DNA of 64,000 nucleotides from Plasmodiophora brassicae (Eukaryota): NCBI GenBank assembly GCA_036867785.1, contig CP145418.1, positions 1 to 64,000 of the forward strand, read 5' to 3'. Shown piece by piece: positions 33,829 to 45,173 of this stretch (position 1 is its first letter; each line of letters starts with the position of its first letter). The notes under the pieces were generated by a model. It saw only the letters and a program-made list of their open reading frames with translations, ran no database searches and was not told where the DNA came from. The position numbers and the translations under genes were made by a program.

Positions 33829-36295
33829 ATGGCCACCTTCCCCGCACCTTCCCCTCTCCTTCCCCGTACCCTTCCCCCTACGGGGTCGGGGGCACTGCGA
33901 CCCCGTCGGCGCAATCTTCGGCAAGAGAGGCGGTCTTTCGGGGCGTCTGCAGTTGACGAGTTGGTCGACAACGGTGTGCAACAGCGAATGCGTCCGCTCA
34001 CAACGTCGCAAGAAGATGTGGTTCGGCAGAGAGTCGGCGAGGCATTGGCCCGCATGGGCCTGCGCTTCTCAGCTCACGGCGGGCAACTGACTGGCAATCG
34101 CGTCCTGAAGCAGAACTCGCACAAGCAGTACAAGCAGCTCTACCGTCAGCTGGCTCTGTTCTGCAAACGAATTGGTGATTTTGAGTCATTGATCATTCTC
34201 GACGAGCGAGCTCCCACCGAATTCTGTCCATCGATGAGTGCAGACACACTCATGGCGTTCATCGATTTCAAGGTCCTGCCACCTGGCACTCCCGTTGTTG
34301 TGCATCGTGACGATGCCGTCAGTTCTCATCGCGTTGGTCCCGTTCTGGATTACTTCTCGAGACAGCCTATCCTCGCAACGGGTGCCTGGAACGATCCGAA
34401 CTCATGCAACCAGCTGTTGTCAGCTGTCAGTGATTTGCATGTTGCGAGGCACCAGAGCGGACAGTACTCAGAACCATGTCCTGCGTGTATTGTCGCGTAC
34501 CGGGACAATAATGTCTCGTGTAATTTTCACGCTGGAGTCCCGCGCTTGTGGAGATCGGGCTGCCCGCGATCGCATCAGAACGTGAAGAACCGGTACACCG
34601 TCGCGTGACGCAAATCGACCTCGTTGATTACACTGCGCAAGGTGATTCGCCTCTGATGCCACATGAACTGATCGCCATTCGCAAAGCGCTACTCAGCGCA
34701 GATCGATATGAGGGACTTCGTCTCTATACGATGATCCTTTTCCACTGCCAGCTCTTCCTCCGATCCGCCGAAGGGTGTCCATTCCGAATTGAAGACATTC
34801 TGACGAGTCTGGTATCTGTCAATCCCGATAATGGCGACGTTAACTGCATGGGCGTCAAGATCAAGGGCAAGGCTGATGGATCGTTTGTCCCGTTAATGAA
34901 ATGGCGCTGTACAGACGTTCCCGAACTATGCTTGGTTAGCCACCTGCTACTGTGGCTCAGCGTATCAGGCATAACGTCGGGTTACCTATTTCCCAAGAAG
35001 AAGGGTTCTAGTGACTGCTTCGATTTCACCACCTTTAACAACCAGTAGGTCTCGTATGGTGCACTTACGAATGTGTATTTGACGGCGAATCGTGTCCGTA
35101 GACTGAAGAAGCTGCTCTCGGACGTTGTTGGACGCGATGACGGGCGAGTTTGGGGAACGCATACCCTCCGAAAAACTGGCTATTTGTTAGCTATTTGGGG
35201 GAAAGGTGAACTGGGGCAGATCATGCTGTCAGCACGGCACAAAACCGTCGAAAGCGCTAAACGGTACTACGGATCGGCAGCAGCTTTCCTGAAGATGATA
35301 TCGCTTCAGAAGTAATTCGCATTCATGTGAACCTAACGCAATTTCGGAACTGACTCGTCAACAGGCGAAGCGCTTTGTTAACCGTCGATTACACATGGGA
35401 GGCGATCCACATGTCCGACCATAGAGAACTGGTGGCTCTGAACGAGAATCCCATCGGCGGCCTGCCGGATTTGTTTAGGCATGTACGGATCTTCGTCGAG
35501 AATTTGGTTGCTCAAAGAGTGCTGGCTCCGAACAAGACCAGAAACATCATAGCACTCTCACAAGCTATCCTGCAGGCGAGGGATCAGAGTATCGACGCGA
35601 AAATCGACAACATTCTTGCGCTGATGCAAGCGAAAGGGTTCGGCGACTTGACAGGACAACTTGTTGAGCTACTTGCAAGAAAGTATGCTCTACAAGGAGT
35701 TCAAGATCGTCATGCTCCTGATTCTGCCGATAACAATGCCGACCAGCGCCGCTCTGCTCGTGGGCGTAACCGGGCACGACCTGCTGTGTCTAGCGACAAG
35801 GATTCCAGTGGAGATGCGCCCGCCAACAATAACGATGCCTTCAACGCAGACGCTGAACGAGGACTTCATCAATCACAACCGCGTGCCCACGTTCCCATTG
35901 CTGGCAATGGGCGACAGGCAGGTGGAATTTCTGACGAGCAACCACGTAATGACCTTGAACCCGAACCTCGATCCGGGAAACGTCGTCGTCGTGAAGCAGG
36001 CGATTTTGACGTCGCTGATCGGGACATGTCGAACATTGATACGCACGCGAAGTTGCGAACGATGCGGCGTATTGAGATCCAGTGTGCAGGGAGGGCCAAG
36101 AATTCGTTCACGCCGTCCATGAGAACGTTCTATTATAATGTCCTGACCCCCGTCCTGAACTGTTTGAGGCGACATTGTAACGATGATGACGACGAATTCG
36201 CTAGACGATGGGGGGACCAGTTCGCGCACACAGATTTTAAGAAACGTCGGTGCCCGGGCTCGCATCCTTCGAACGGGTGCGGATGGCAGGGTTGA
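33829..36295 (+). CDS. Tyrosine recombinase YR2 (~785 codons; introns 35045-35101 and 35312-35364; one frameshift near 34600)
   Basis: LFLRSAE, KGKAD, HTLRK, ARHK, AKRYY; the two GT-AG introns join the ORF pieces in frame; colinear similarity with YR1. Confidence 0.85.
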
Positions 36296-36533
36296 ATAAA
36301 CAAATCCAATGCGCTGGATGCTGTTAAACCTTGTTGATAGGTAAGTAGGTATGTACAGGTATTCTGGCGGAGGTCACCGGCGCAGTTTTGTGACTGCGCA
36401 TTTTTGTGAGACCTTCCCTGCCCTTCTTCCGCCATAAAGGCACATTATTGGTTCCCGCGACGCACAGCGAAGCACTTATATGTAAAGCCGACAAAAGCGG
36501 GCATGGGTCTGGAACACGTACGTGGTACATACT

Positions 36534-37244
36534 TTACGCCTGACAGGATGCCGTGAGATCAACGACTGTGTCCGGTTCCAGCACGTATCGCTTGGCGATG
36601 TCGTGCACGCCATCGAAAATCCATTGTCGGACACGTATTAATCCGCATGCAACGCCGATGGTAGAGATCACAATTTCCAGGGCCGTCTGGGTGACGAAGC
36701 CGTCGTAGAGGGTGCCATGTAAACAGAGATGCAGTATGTGAGGGGCGCCAATATTGACGATGATGCAGAATGGCCCTAGGCCAACCGCTGCCGGTAACAG
36801 TATACCGTATACGACATGTAAACCGTTGATGTCGGTGAATGCTTGCCAGTGTGGGCTCTCCCTGGAAAGGGCGAGTTCGATCGTCTTCATGATGAACCCG
36901 CTCCCCAAGATGATCCCTATGAGGAGGACGTTTGTCACCAGGAGGCATATGTGGTACAGACGCCGGCGTTGTCCGGATTGGTCAACAAACGTGTACGGCT
37001 GCAAACAGAGTTCGCACTGCCAATACGAATCTGTCTTACACGACGACAGACGCCATTCGTTGAGACATCGGCGATGAACGAACTTCATTGTGCCTCGACA
37101 GGCGCAGGGTTGGATCAAACCTTGGCCGCTATCGAAGCAAATGCGGCAAGTGGGCGATTGGTCTGCCGACGACGCGTTCTGAATTGGCGCTGCCAGCTCA
37201 CCAGTCGGGCGGTTCAAACGCTCTTCGCCATCCGCCTCAGCCAT
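36534..37244 (-). CDS. MARCH-type RING-CH E3 ubiquitin ligase with transmembrane segments
   Basis: CRICF..LIQPCACRGTMKFVHRRCLNEW..CELC followed by hydrophobic helices. Confidence 0.9.
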   Translation of the reverse strand: MAEADGEERLNRPTGELAAPIQNASSADQSPTCRICFDSGQGLIQPCACRGTMKFVHRRCLNEWRLSSCKTDSYWQCELCLQPYTFVDQSGQRRRLYHICLLVTNVLLIGIILGSGFIMKTIELALSRESPHWQAFTDINGLHVVYGILLPAAVGLGPFCIIVNIGAPHILHLCLHGTLYDGFVTQTALEIVISTIGVACGLIRVRQWIFDGVHDIAKRYVLEPDTVVDLTASCQA

Positions 37245-37405
37245 TGTGGGCGGCGACGGCACCTCGAACAGGATCGATTAGCAACGACAGGAAAATATCT
37301 GGATGATTTCAGCAAGTATCCACCATCGGCGCAAGTCCTGCAACCGTCGGATATTTAAGGGCTTGCGGTTTATCATACTCTGCTACGTACGCAGCAACTC
37401 AATGC

Positions 37406-39724
37406 CTAGTAGGGTAGTTCAGGTTCCCATCGTTGCCGGATCTTCTTGGATGCCTGCGCCAGTTTCTGAACCCTCTCCTCTATGTACTCGTCAACCTCGA
37501 ACTCCTTGCGCCGGAAGTGGTACGTCGCCAGTTGTTCGAGCAGATCGAACTCGGACGGTAGGTTCCCCTTGACGGTGGCCCAATCCGGGAATAGGCCCGG
37601 GAACCGATCCTTCATGAAATCGGGAATCAGGTAGTCCAGGCGCGGGCTCCGTTGGACCTTGGGCGGCGGCGGGGGCGCCCGTTTGAATGACTGGCGGAAC
37701 GGAACCTGCTTGGACGCGATCTGGATCATGCGCGCCTCAATGTTCTGCAACGTGCAGCCGGCCGGCATCCAGCTATGCCTGGATGCCATCTGCAGCAGAT
37801 CGCGCAATGGCCTGGGCCTGCTGACATAGGGTAGGTGCGGCACGGGCCCGTTCACGTCCAGGGCATCGTCCTTGCTCGTGTCACGGACGTAGGTACCCAC
37901 CAGGTCGTCATCGTCCTCGTAGACGATGTTGTAGCGCACCCAGTCCTCCCATGCGTCGTACGCCCTGTTGTTCGAGTCGCTGTACAGCCGCCAGATATCG
38001 ACAGCGACCTCGTAGAGCGACGATTGTAAGGCGCCGACCAGGGCCGATATCATGATCTCGTCCAGGAGCGGCATGAACCACTTGCCGACCGGCTTCAGGA
38101 CCATCTTCAGGACGTCGACACGCCCGGTACGGCCGCATTGCATGCCGGCCCGATACAGACCGAGGGCCGCCTCTCCCGACCTGGACCGCGCATGGAGGAC
38201 GTGCCGAAGCAGGACGCCGTCCTGGACGACAACCGCGCGCTCCAGCATGTGGGCCAGCTCCCGGTCCACGATGCCTTCGCCGTCGAGTGTCGGCTCCATA
38301 ACGGCGATAACATCGTCGATGAAGTCGACATCGTTGGCGTCGGCGGCCAGTAGCAGCGCCTGGCCAAGGGCGGCGTCGGACATCTCGGCCAGGAGCCAGC
38401 GGGCGACCTGCATGGATCCTTTGGCCGTTCGTCGTGCCGCATGCATGGCCTCTGCCAGGGCCATGTTAACCGACGATTCCGCGATGTGCGGCAGAATGCG
38501 CTTCAACGTGCTCAGGTGACCGTCGGCCGCCGATCTGACCAATGCTCGCTCAACGACCGCGCCAGGGATACCGCCGGCCGCCAACGCCGCATCGACGGCG
38601 GGTGCGTCCCCGGTCGCGCATGCCACCTCGAATCGGGCGACCGTTCGCTGATCGACGCCGTCCTGCATGAGGATGCTGCTGCGGGCGTCTTTGTTCGTGC
38701 GCCCCGGTGTGGTACCAGCATTGGCAGTACTGCAGCGCGTGCGCAAGATCTCAATCAGTTCGTCATCGGGATGGTAAAACCCCAGCAGGAGGTCCTCGTC
38801 CACACGGAGAATGCGCTGGGCGAAATCGCGATCGGGAAGAACATGGCCTCGCCAGATGTTGCATATTCTGTCGACATGACAGTCGCGAACGGCGCTACCC
38901 AGAGCGGACAGTACAATGTACCGACGATCGCCTGTGCTGACACGTAGAGCAACGTCCAAGAGCGTGGCCCAGTGACGATCCCGCCGGCGACCGGCGTGCC
39001 ACGCCAGCGTTTCACCTGCCCATGGCATGGCCCGACGCATCAACAGCTCCACGATGTGTACGACGGGCGCAGTCAGCAGCGTTTCCGAGTAGGACAATGT
39101 GGCGAGCTTCACGGCCGACACCGATGCAGCGATTCGCATGTCGCTGTGGGTGCCATACGACGACTGCAGCAATTGCTTGACGCAGGGCGCGTGTAGGCGT
39201 TGGCTGACGAACCATAGCGCCATGGACGACTGCCGGGCGGATTGCGACTCGATCGGCGCGCCTCCCAGGCATGACGCGGCGTCGACCGCTGCCCGGATAC
39301 GATCTGTCCCGGCGCCGGCCTGCGCAAGGGCGTGCTCGACTAGCGCACGATGCCCATGGAACGCAGCATGGACCGCAGCGGCACTCCAGGCACGCGCATG
39401 ATCCGATTCCCCTGCGTCGACTAGGTGTCGCCGAATTCCGGACAGGTCGTTACGTTGGGCGTGCAACAGAACGGCGAAAAGCGGATGGTCGGGCGACAAG
39501 GTCACTCGCGCATTCCAGTCTCGTTCTGTTGCCGACCAGGGGCGCAGCGCCTGACGCTGTTGTTGAGCAGACTCGATCCACGTGGTGCGGTAGTAGACGA
39601 GCGTCACGAACTGACTGACGATCACTGTCAGGACGGTGATCTTGCACCAAAGCGACGCGATGCTCGTGGCCCTCATTCGTGTCGCGCCTGTGCGGTTAGA
39701 CGGCAGGCGCGCGCACGTCATCAC
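37406..39724 (-). CDS. 772-aa protein with N-terminal hydrophobic segment and degenerate ankyrin-like repeats
   Basis: Long uninterrupted ORF; AAFHGHRALVEHAL, ACATGDAPAV, SAADGHLSTLKRIL. Confidence 0.7.
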   Translation of the reverse strand: MMTCARLPSNRTGATRMRATSIASLWCKITVLTVIVSQFVTLVYYRTTWIESAQQQRQALRPWSATERDWNARVTLSPDHPLFAVLLHAQRNDLSGIRRHLVDAGESDHARAWSAAAVHAAFHGHRALVEHALAQAGAGTDRIRAAVDAASCLGGAPIESQSARQSSMALWFVSQRLHAPCVKQLLQSSYGTHSDMRIAASVSAVKLATLSYSETLLTAPVVHIVELLMRRAMPWAGETLAWHAGRRRDRHWATLLDVALRVSTGDRRYIVLSALGSAVRDCHVDRICNIWRGHVLPDRDFAQRILRVDEDLLLGFYHPDDELIEILRTRCSTANAGTTPGRTNKDARSSILMQDGVDQRTVARFEVACATGDAPAVDAALAAGGIPGAVVERALVRSAADGHLSTLKRILPHIAESSVNMALAEAMHAARRTAKGSMQVARWLLAEMSDAALGQALLLAADANDVDFIDDVIAVMEPTLDGEGIVDRELAHMLERAVVVQDGVLLRHVLHARSRSGEAALGLYRAGMQCGRTGRVDVLKMVLKPVGKWFMPLLDEIMISALVGALQSSLYEVAVDIWRLYSDSNNRAYDAWEDWVRYNIVYEDDDDLVGTYVRDTSKDDALDVNGPVPHLPYVSRPRPLRDLLQMASRHSWMPAGCTLQNIEARMIQIASKQVPFRQSFKRAPPPPPKVQRSPRLDYLIPDFMKDRFPGLFPDWATVKGNLPSEFDLLEQLATYHFRRKEFEVDEYIEERVQKLAQASKKIRQRWEPELPY

Positions 39725-39985
39725 GTGACATCGTTATCGTCCCCTAGTTGCTGATGGGCTGTGACCCGACGTCATGCCAGCATATGCGCACAGTAGGGAG
39801 CGCGCGGTGGCCGCCTGCGGTCGTACGGCCGACTTACCATGTCTAAGGCGGGAGCGAATGCTGGCCAGGGTGGGTGCGAAGTCCGTGGCGGAGTCCGTCG
39901 CTGAGTGCCTCGCGCATCACCATTTGCACGTCGTCGGTACGTGTGCCTGGCAGCTGCCCGGAGCGTCCCCACGCCACCATCAATC

Positions 39986-40678
39986 ATGTCGACGGCGTCC
40001 ATGGTCATCGAATCGGTTGACGATTCCTCCGATGACATCACCGATGTTGAAGCCATGAAGCGTCGCGTGAAGGAGATGGAGGAAGAGGCCGCCAAGATCG
40101 AGGCGACGATCGCCGCGGACCCGTCATCCACGACGCTGCCGGCCGGCGCCGCCTCCGACGCATCCGGAAAGGATGCCGGCGCCGCTTCTGGATCCAACGC
40201 CGCCTCTGTGGTCGTCAACGGCCCCGATTCGGACCTACGCTCGGTCTATGTCGGCAATGTCGACTATGGGACGACGCCGGAGGAATTGCAGACGTTCTTC
40301 CAGTCGTGCGGCGTTGTCAATCGCATCACGATTGTGTGCGACAAGATGACGGGCCACCCGAAAGGGTACGCCTACGTTGAGTTCGTCGACCAGGAGTCGG
40401 TGGCCAACGCCATGCTGTTGAACGACAGCGAATTCCGATCTCGGGTCCTGAAGATCTCGCCGAAACGGACGAACGTGCCCGGGTTCGCCAGGGGCCAGGT
40501 AGGCAGCGCGCGTTGTCGCAACTTGGTTATTGCTGTCGGGACGATAACTGACATGACGGTCGTGCTTGCTGTGTAGCGACGATTCGGCGGTCGGCGTCGT
40601 GGTGCGGGGCGGTTCCCGGGTGGATACGGCCGATTCCGGGGTCGGGGTCGACGCGCTCCCCACCCGTATCATGGGTAG
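39986..40678 (+). CDS. PABPN1: Nuclear poly(A)-binding protein (PABPN1/Pab2); intron 40499-40577
   Basis: Coiled coil (EAMKRRVKEMEEEA), RRM (RSVYVGNVDY...KGYAYVEF...KRTNVPG), RG-rich exon 2. Confidence 0.92.
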
Positions 40679-41045
40679 GCGGTCGCTTCCGTTCGATGCG
40701 CGCTCTACGTCCAGCAAATACACCGGGGCAAACGAGTACATAACGCGGGCCTGGACGGCCTGCACGTCCATGGGCCAGGCATGGGTGGGCGCCTGGGACC
40801 ATGTTGAGGGCTGGCACCCGGCGTCAGATATTTGTTGAGCCGCGCCCCGTTACACTGACCGCACGGCCGCCAGATTCGAGGTCTTCCGCTGCGCTCTCTG
40901 ACGCGGTACGACGGGCGGCGGACAGTGGCATAGTCGACAGGGTTCCGCTGCGCTCCTGGGCAAGGCGCGCTCGACCGAGTACTCGCGGTCATGTCTGCCT
41001 CTCGTTGTGGGCGTCTGCAGAGGCCATCCGTAGACACGGATGCCA

Positions 41046-41886
41046 TGGACGACCGTCGCCGGCCCGGCCGCTGCCATCATCGGCCCGTGCAGTACCTGCG
41101 ATTCCAGGGCGATTTCACCGGGCGACCCCAGGTCCGTCCGTCTGCCCGCGCCCTGCCACCCGTTCGTGCGGCGCCCCTGACAGCGAATCGCGTTTGGGGC
41201 AGACCCGGTCGCAGTCGGTGCCCGCAGCCGCCCCATTGTGTACGCGGCCCGGGTCGGCACCCAGCAAGCCCTGCCTGACGCGGCAGGGCCCGTACCTGGC
41301 GCGTCCGTCACCGACGACTGCGCCGCCCCTGGCCTCCCTGGTCCAGCGCCTGAAGCGCGGCATCCCGGTCACCAAGTACGGGTCGACGGGCGCCCAGAAG
41401 AAGCGCCTCGTGAGGCTCAGCGACGACGGCACGGACGTCATCTGGGGCCGGTCCTTGCATCGAACGTCGGGCACGCGTACGTCCTCCATTCGGCCCCGTC
41501 TGCACTTGTGCCGGGTACTCACGTGACGGCCTGCACGTGCAGTGGCCCTCGCCGAGGTGCACTCGATCGTGGTGGGCCCGCGTACGCCCGCCTTCCGCGC
41601 GTACGACTGGGACGCCGGCCAGCCCTGGCTGTGCGTCTCGCTGGTCGCCGAGCGCCGCACGCTGGACGTCGAGTGCCGCAGCATCGACGACCTGCGCTGC
41701 GTCGTCCTGGGCATGCAGGCGCACGCGCCGCTGTCGCACGAGTTCATGTCGCACGGGCGTCTCCTGTGGTGCCGAGCCCTGCTGCGCGCCCTGCGCCTGG
41801 CGCGCCTCGCCGGCCTGCCCGTCCTGCAGCTGCTGCAGGGCCTGGAGGTCGATGCGAAACGCGCCGCCGCGCTGGCCAGCGCCTGA
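41046..41886 (+). CDS. PH-domain protein (PLC/Mcp5-type PH), multi-exon; exon limits approximate
   Basis: LKRGIPVTKYG..KKRLVRLSDDGTDVIW and LAEVHSIVVGPRT..CVSLVAERRTLDVEC. Confidence 0.7.
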
Positions 41887-41946
41887 TCCGCAGCAGACGA
41901 ACGATCGTGACGATACATACAGGGGGAACGCAGTACGCGCGGGTGT

Positions 41947-42408
41947 CTATTCGAGGTAGAGGCCGAAGACGGTGACGACGGCCCAGACCGTCTCGGTCTT
42001 CATCGAGTACGACGCCCAGTTGTCGGTCTTGTCGTCCCACAGGCACCGGGAGGCGACCCGGGCGCCCTGGCCGCGCACCTCGCCGATCGTCGTCTGCACG
42101 ACGACCTTGTACCGCTGGAACTTGAGCGCCTTGACGCCGTCCTTGATGCCGTTGGAGATGGCCAGCGACACGTCCCTGGCCTTGTCGTGGTCGTACGCGA
42201 ACCCGTCCAGGTGCGCGTGCATCACCGATTTGATGACGCTGTCGACCTGGTACGTCTGGAACAGGGCGCCCTCCTTCGGCGTCATGCGGTACGTGGGCTC
42301 CCAGATCTCGATCCGCGGCCGCGTGCTGTTGCTGCTGCTGGCCGCGGCGGCGCCCGCACCCGGCACACCCGCCGCACCCGTCGCCACCGACGACCCTTCA
42401 CCCTCCAT
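41947..42408 (-). CDS. Tctex-1 family dynein light chain (TCTEX1D-like)
   Basis: PTYRMTP...RYKVVVQTTIGEVRGQGARVASRCLWDDKTDNWAS...VFGLYLE. Confidence 0.92.
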   Translation of the reverse strand: MEGEGSSVATGAAGVPGAGAAAASSSNSTRPRIEIWEPTYRMTPKEGALFQTYQVDSVIKSVMHAHLDGFAYDHDKARDVSLAISNGIKDGVKALKFQRYKVVVQTTIGEVRGQGARVASRCLWDDKTDNWASYSMKTETVWAVVTVFGLYLE

Positions 42409-42569
42409 CTGCCCGCCGGTCGTCGTCGTCGTCGTCGTCGCCGCCGCCGTTGTGCAACTCGGTCTGACTCAGGCACACACACAGCAGCAGGGTTGCTCTC
42501 CATCTTGACGGGGTCAGCGCGCGCTCGTCACATGCCTTGGCCCTGCACTGCCCATCGAGCAGCGGCAGC

Positions 42570-44137
42570 ATGGACGCCGTCCTGGACGAGTACGCGTCCC
42601 GATGCGCCTCGCTGGACCTGCATTTGCGGGCCGATGCCGACGTGCTCGTGCGGCGCTGGCAGTCGTCGCTGGACGGCCTGGACGCGTCGCTGGCCGGCCG
42701 GCAGGGCGCCCTGCGATCCGCGGCGGACGCCTACCTGGACCGTCATGCGCCGCGCCTGACGCGGGACATGATGGCGGCGTTCCAGGCCGACCTGCAGGAA
42801 TCCCTGCGACGCCTGCAGGCCGACCACGACGAGCAGGTCAGCGCGCTGATCCACCGGGTCGTTGGCGAGGGGCACCAGGCGGCCCAGGCCGCGTTGCAGT
42901 CGGCCGTCGCCGACCTGCAGGCGCGATGGCAGACGACCCGATCGCAGCTGGTCGAGTCGGTCCGGGAGCGCGCCCGGCGCCAGGCGCTCGACGCGGTCGC
43001 CGACGCGGAACGCGCCCTACGCGACGACGTCGACAGGGACGCCGAGCGGATCGGCGCCGAGGCCCGCGCCGAGATCGCCGACCAGATCCAGGCCGAGCGG
43101 CACCGCCTCGAGCAGGAACGCCAGCGACGCCTGGCGGCCGTCGAGCAGCGGCTGAAGGACGACGGCGAGCGACGCCTCGAAGCCGTACGACGCGAAGCGC
43201 AGGCGGCGCTCAGCAAGCAGCTGCAGGAGGTTCGCGGCCGGCACCAACGCGACATGGCCGGCAAGGAGAAGGTGCGGCCGCGACGACGACGCGCCCGCGT
43301 GGATGTCTGACACCAGCCCGCGTGCCAGGCACTGCTGGGCGAGCTGGGCGCCCAGGCCGCCCAGCAACGCGCGGAGCAGGAGGCGTCCTGCAGGGCGCGC
43401 GCCAAGGCCCACGAGCGGCGCCTGCGCAAGGACATTGACGCGGACCAGGCCCGGCACGCCGCCCGGTTCCAGGCGGACCTGGACGCCGCCCTGCAGGCGC
43501 AGACCGAGCAGTCGCTGAAGGCGTACAGGTGCAAGGTCGCCGCCGAATGGCGCCTGCAGGCCGACCGGATGCGCCAGGAGGCGCGCGCCCAGGCCGACCA
43601 GCGCCTGCAGGAGCAGCGCCGCGCCATCGACGCCGACCACGACGAGCGCATCGAGCGCCTGCGCGCCGACCTGCAGCGCCAGGTCGAGGCCGACCAGCAG
43701 GCCCAGAAGCAGGACGCAGAACGCCGACTGCAGGACGAGATACGCGCCCTGGAAGGTACAAACGTGATGCGGTGCGGCCGGCGACACGGTGCTGACCGGG
43801 GGTGATCGCAGGCGAGTTCGAGGCCGCCCGCCAGCAATGGGAGCAGACGATCAGGGAGGCGGCCGCCGGTGAGCGCGCCGCCGCCCTGGACGCGCTGCGA
43901 CAGCGGCTGGAGACGCGCCGGCAGCACTGCATTCAGCAGGTGGCCGACGACGTCTGCGCGCAGCACAGGCGGGCGATCGACGAGGAGTGGGCGCGCCACG
44001 CCCGGTCGACGGCGACGGCAGCGGCCCCGGCGCCATGGGCGACGATCGACCCGGACCTGATCGCGCGCGTCCAGGCGCTCTCCGGCCGCATCGCCGACCT
44101 GCACCAGGGGAAGGCGGACGTGGAGGCGCCCATATAA
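42570..44137 (+). CDS. Coiled-coil protein, about 3 exons (introns near 43272-43329 and 43756-43811)
   Basis: A/E/R/Q-rich helical ORF pieces separated by short GT-AG gaps. Confidence 0.65.
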
Positions 44138-44196
44138 CACGGTGGCTGCTCGCATAGGGGGATCTCGTGTATGGACCGGTCGGGTCGGGGCGCCCA

Positions 44197-44825
44197 TCAT
44201 GCCGAGTGTGTGGGCAGGACGTGGCCGACGAGGCGGTCGACCGCGTGCGACACGCCCGGCATGTTCAGGAGCGGGCCGATGACGGGCAGGCTGCGCAGGA
44301 ACGTGACGATCACCGGGAAGAAGTTCCTGTGGGGAGGAGCGGTCAGCAGGGCGCGACACGGCCGGTGCAGGCGACGACGCGCGTCATCCATGATCCGTAC
44401 CCGAACAGGTTGATCATGCCGAACAGTTCGACGGCGATGCCGATGACGGGCCATCCGCAGAGGACCAGGGCGATGCCGCCCAGGAAGCAGCAGGTGCCCC
44501 GGATCTTGCCCTTGCGGTAGAAGAAGCGGGCCGTGTTGCGCACGCCAATGATCAGGATGACGCCGCACAGGAATAGGATCTACAGCGACCGGGACTGTTA
44601 CCGTCGGCGCCATCGCAGCACATTGGATGACGAGCGACGCGACCGCACGTACGTTGCCCATGGCTAGTAGGGCCTTGTCGAACAGGAGGAGGATGCCGAG
44701 CACAAGGAAGAGCGACCCGATGCCCGTCAGGCCGATGCCCAGTTCTGTGTGCGCGCGACACCAGCGTCAGCCCGACGTGGTCCAGTGTGGGGGGCGCCCA
44801 ACCTACTCCTATTGTCGCCGAGCAT
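44197..44825 (-). CDS. GOT1: Vesicle transport protein Got1/GOLT1, multi-exon
   Basis: LGILLLFDKALLAMGN; GTCCFLGGIALVLCGWPVIG..ELFGMINLFG; NFFPVIVTFLRSLPVIG. Confidence 0.9.
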
Positions 44826-45173
44826 CTGCGCCCCTTATCTAGGGTATATATGAGGAGGGTGCGCGGCGCTGCGCCTGCGTGTGTGCGTGTGTGAGGGTGT
44901 GTGTGTGTGTGTGAGGGTGCGACGTCGCCCCCCTGGTGGTAGCAGCCGGTGATGAGCGCGCGCCCGCCTGTGTGTCTCTCTGTGTGTGTGTGTGCGTTGT
45001 CGGGAACGGCCGCACACTGGACCGGATCGACGCCCGGCCGGCCGCGCAAAATGCCTCGTCGTCGTCGCCGCCGCCGCTGAGTCGCCTGACCGCATTTTGC
45101 GGAGGGACGCCGCGCCCCCGATGCCACTGCCTCGTCGGCCGCGCGCGCACCCCTCACTCCTCGACGTATTCCG

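Larger units (their letters stand above)
8242..36529. mobile_element. Putative Crypton-like dual tyrosine-recombinase element (~5.4 kb once the nested Zisupton is removed)
   Basis: Direct repeat ACGTACGTGGTACA at 8242-8255 and 36516-36529 encloses two YR genes; the right copy lies just beyond the stop codon of the neighbouring host gene. Confidence 0.68.

Noticed and set aside
42602-44359. Overlapping long ORFs, including a 538-aa minus-strand ORF
   Set aside because: Stop-poor GC-rich shadow frames of the coiled-coil gene.
44878-44995. (TG)n tracts upstream of GOT1
   Set aside because: Ordinary microsatellites with no further structure.
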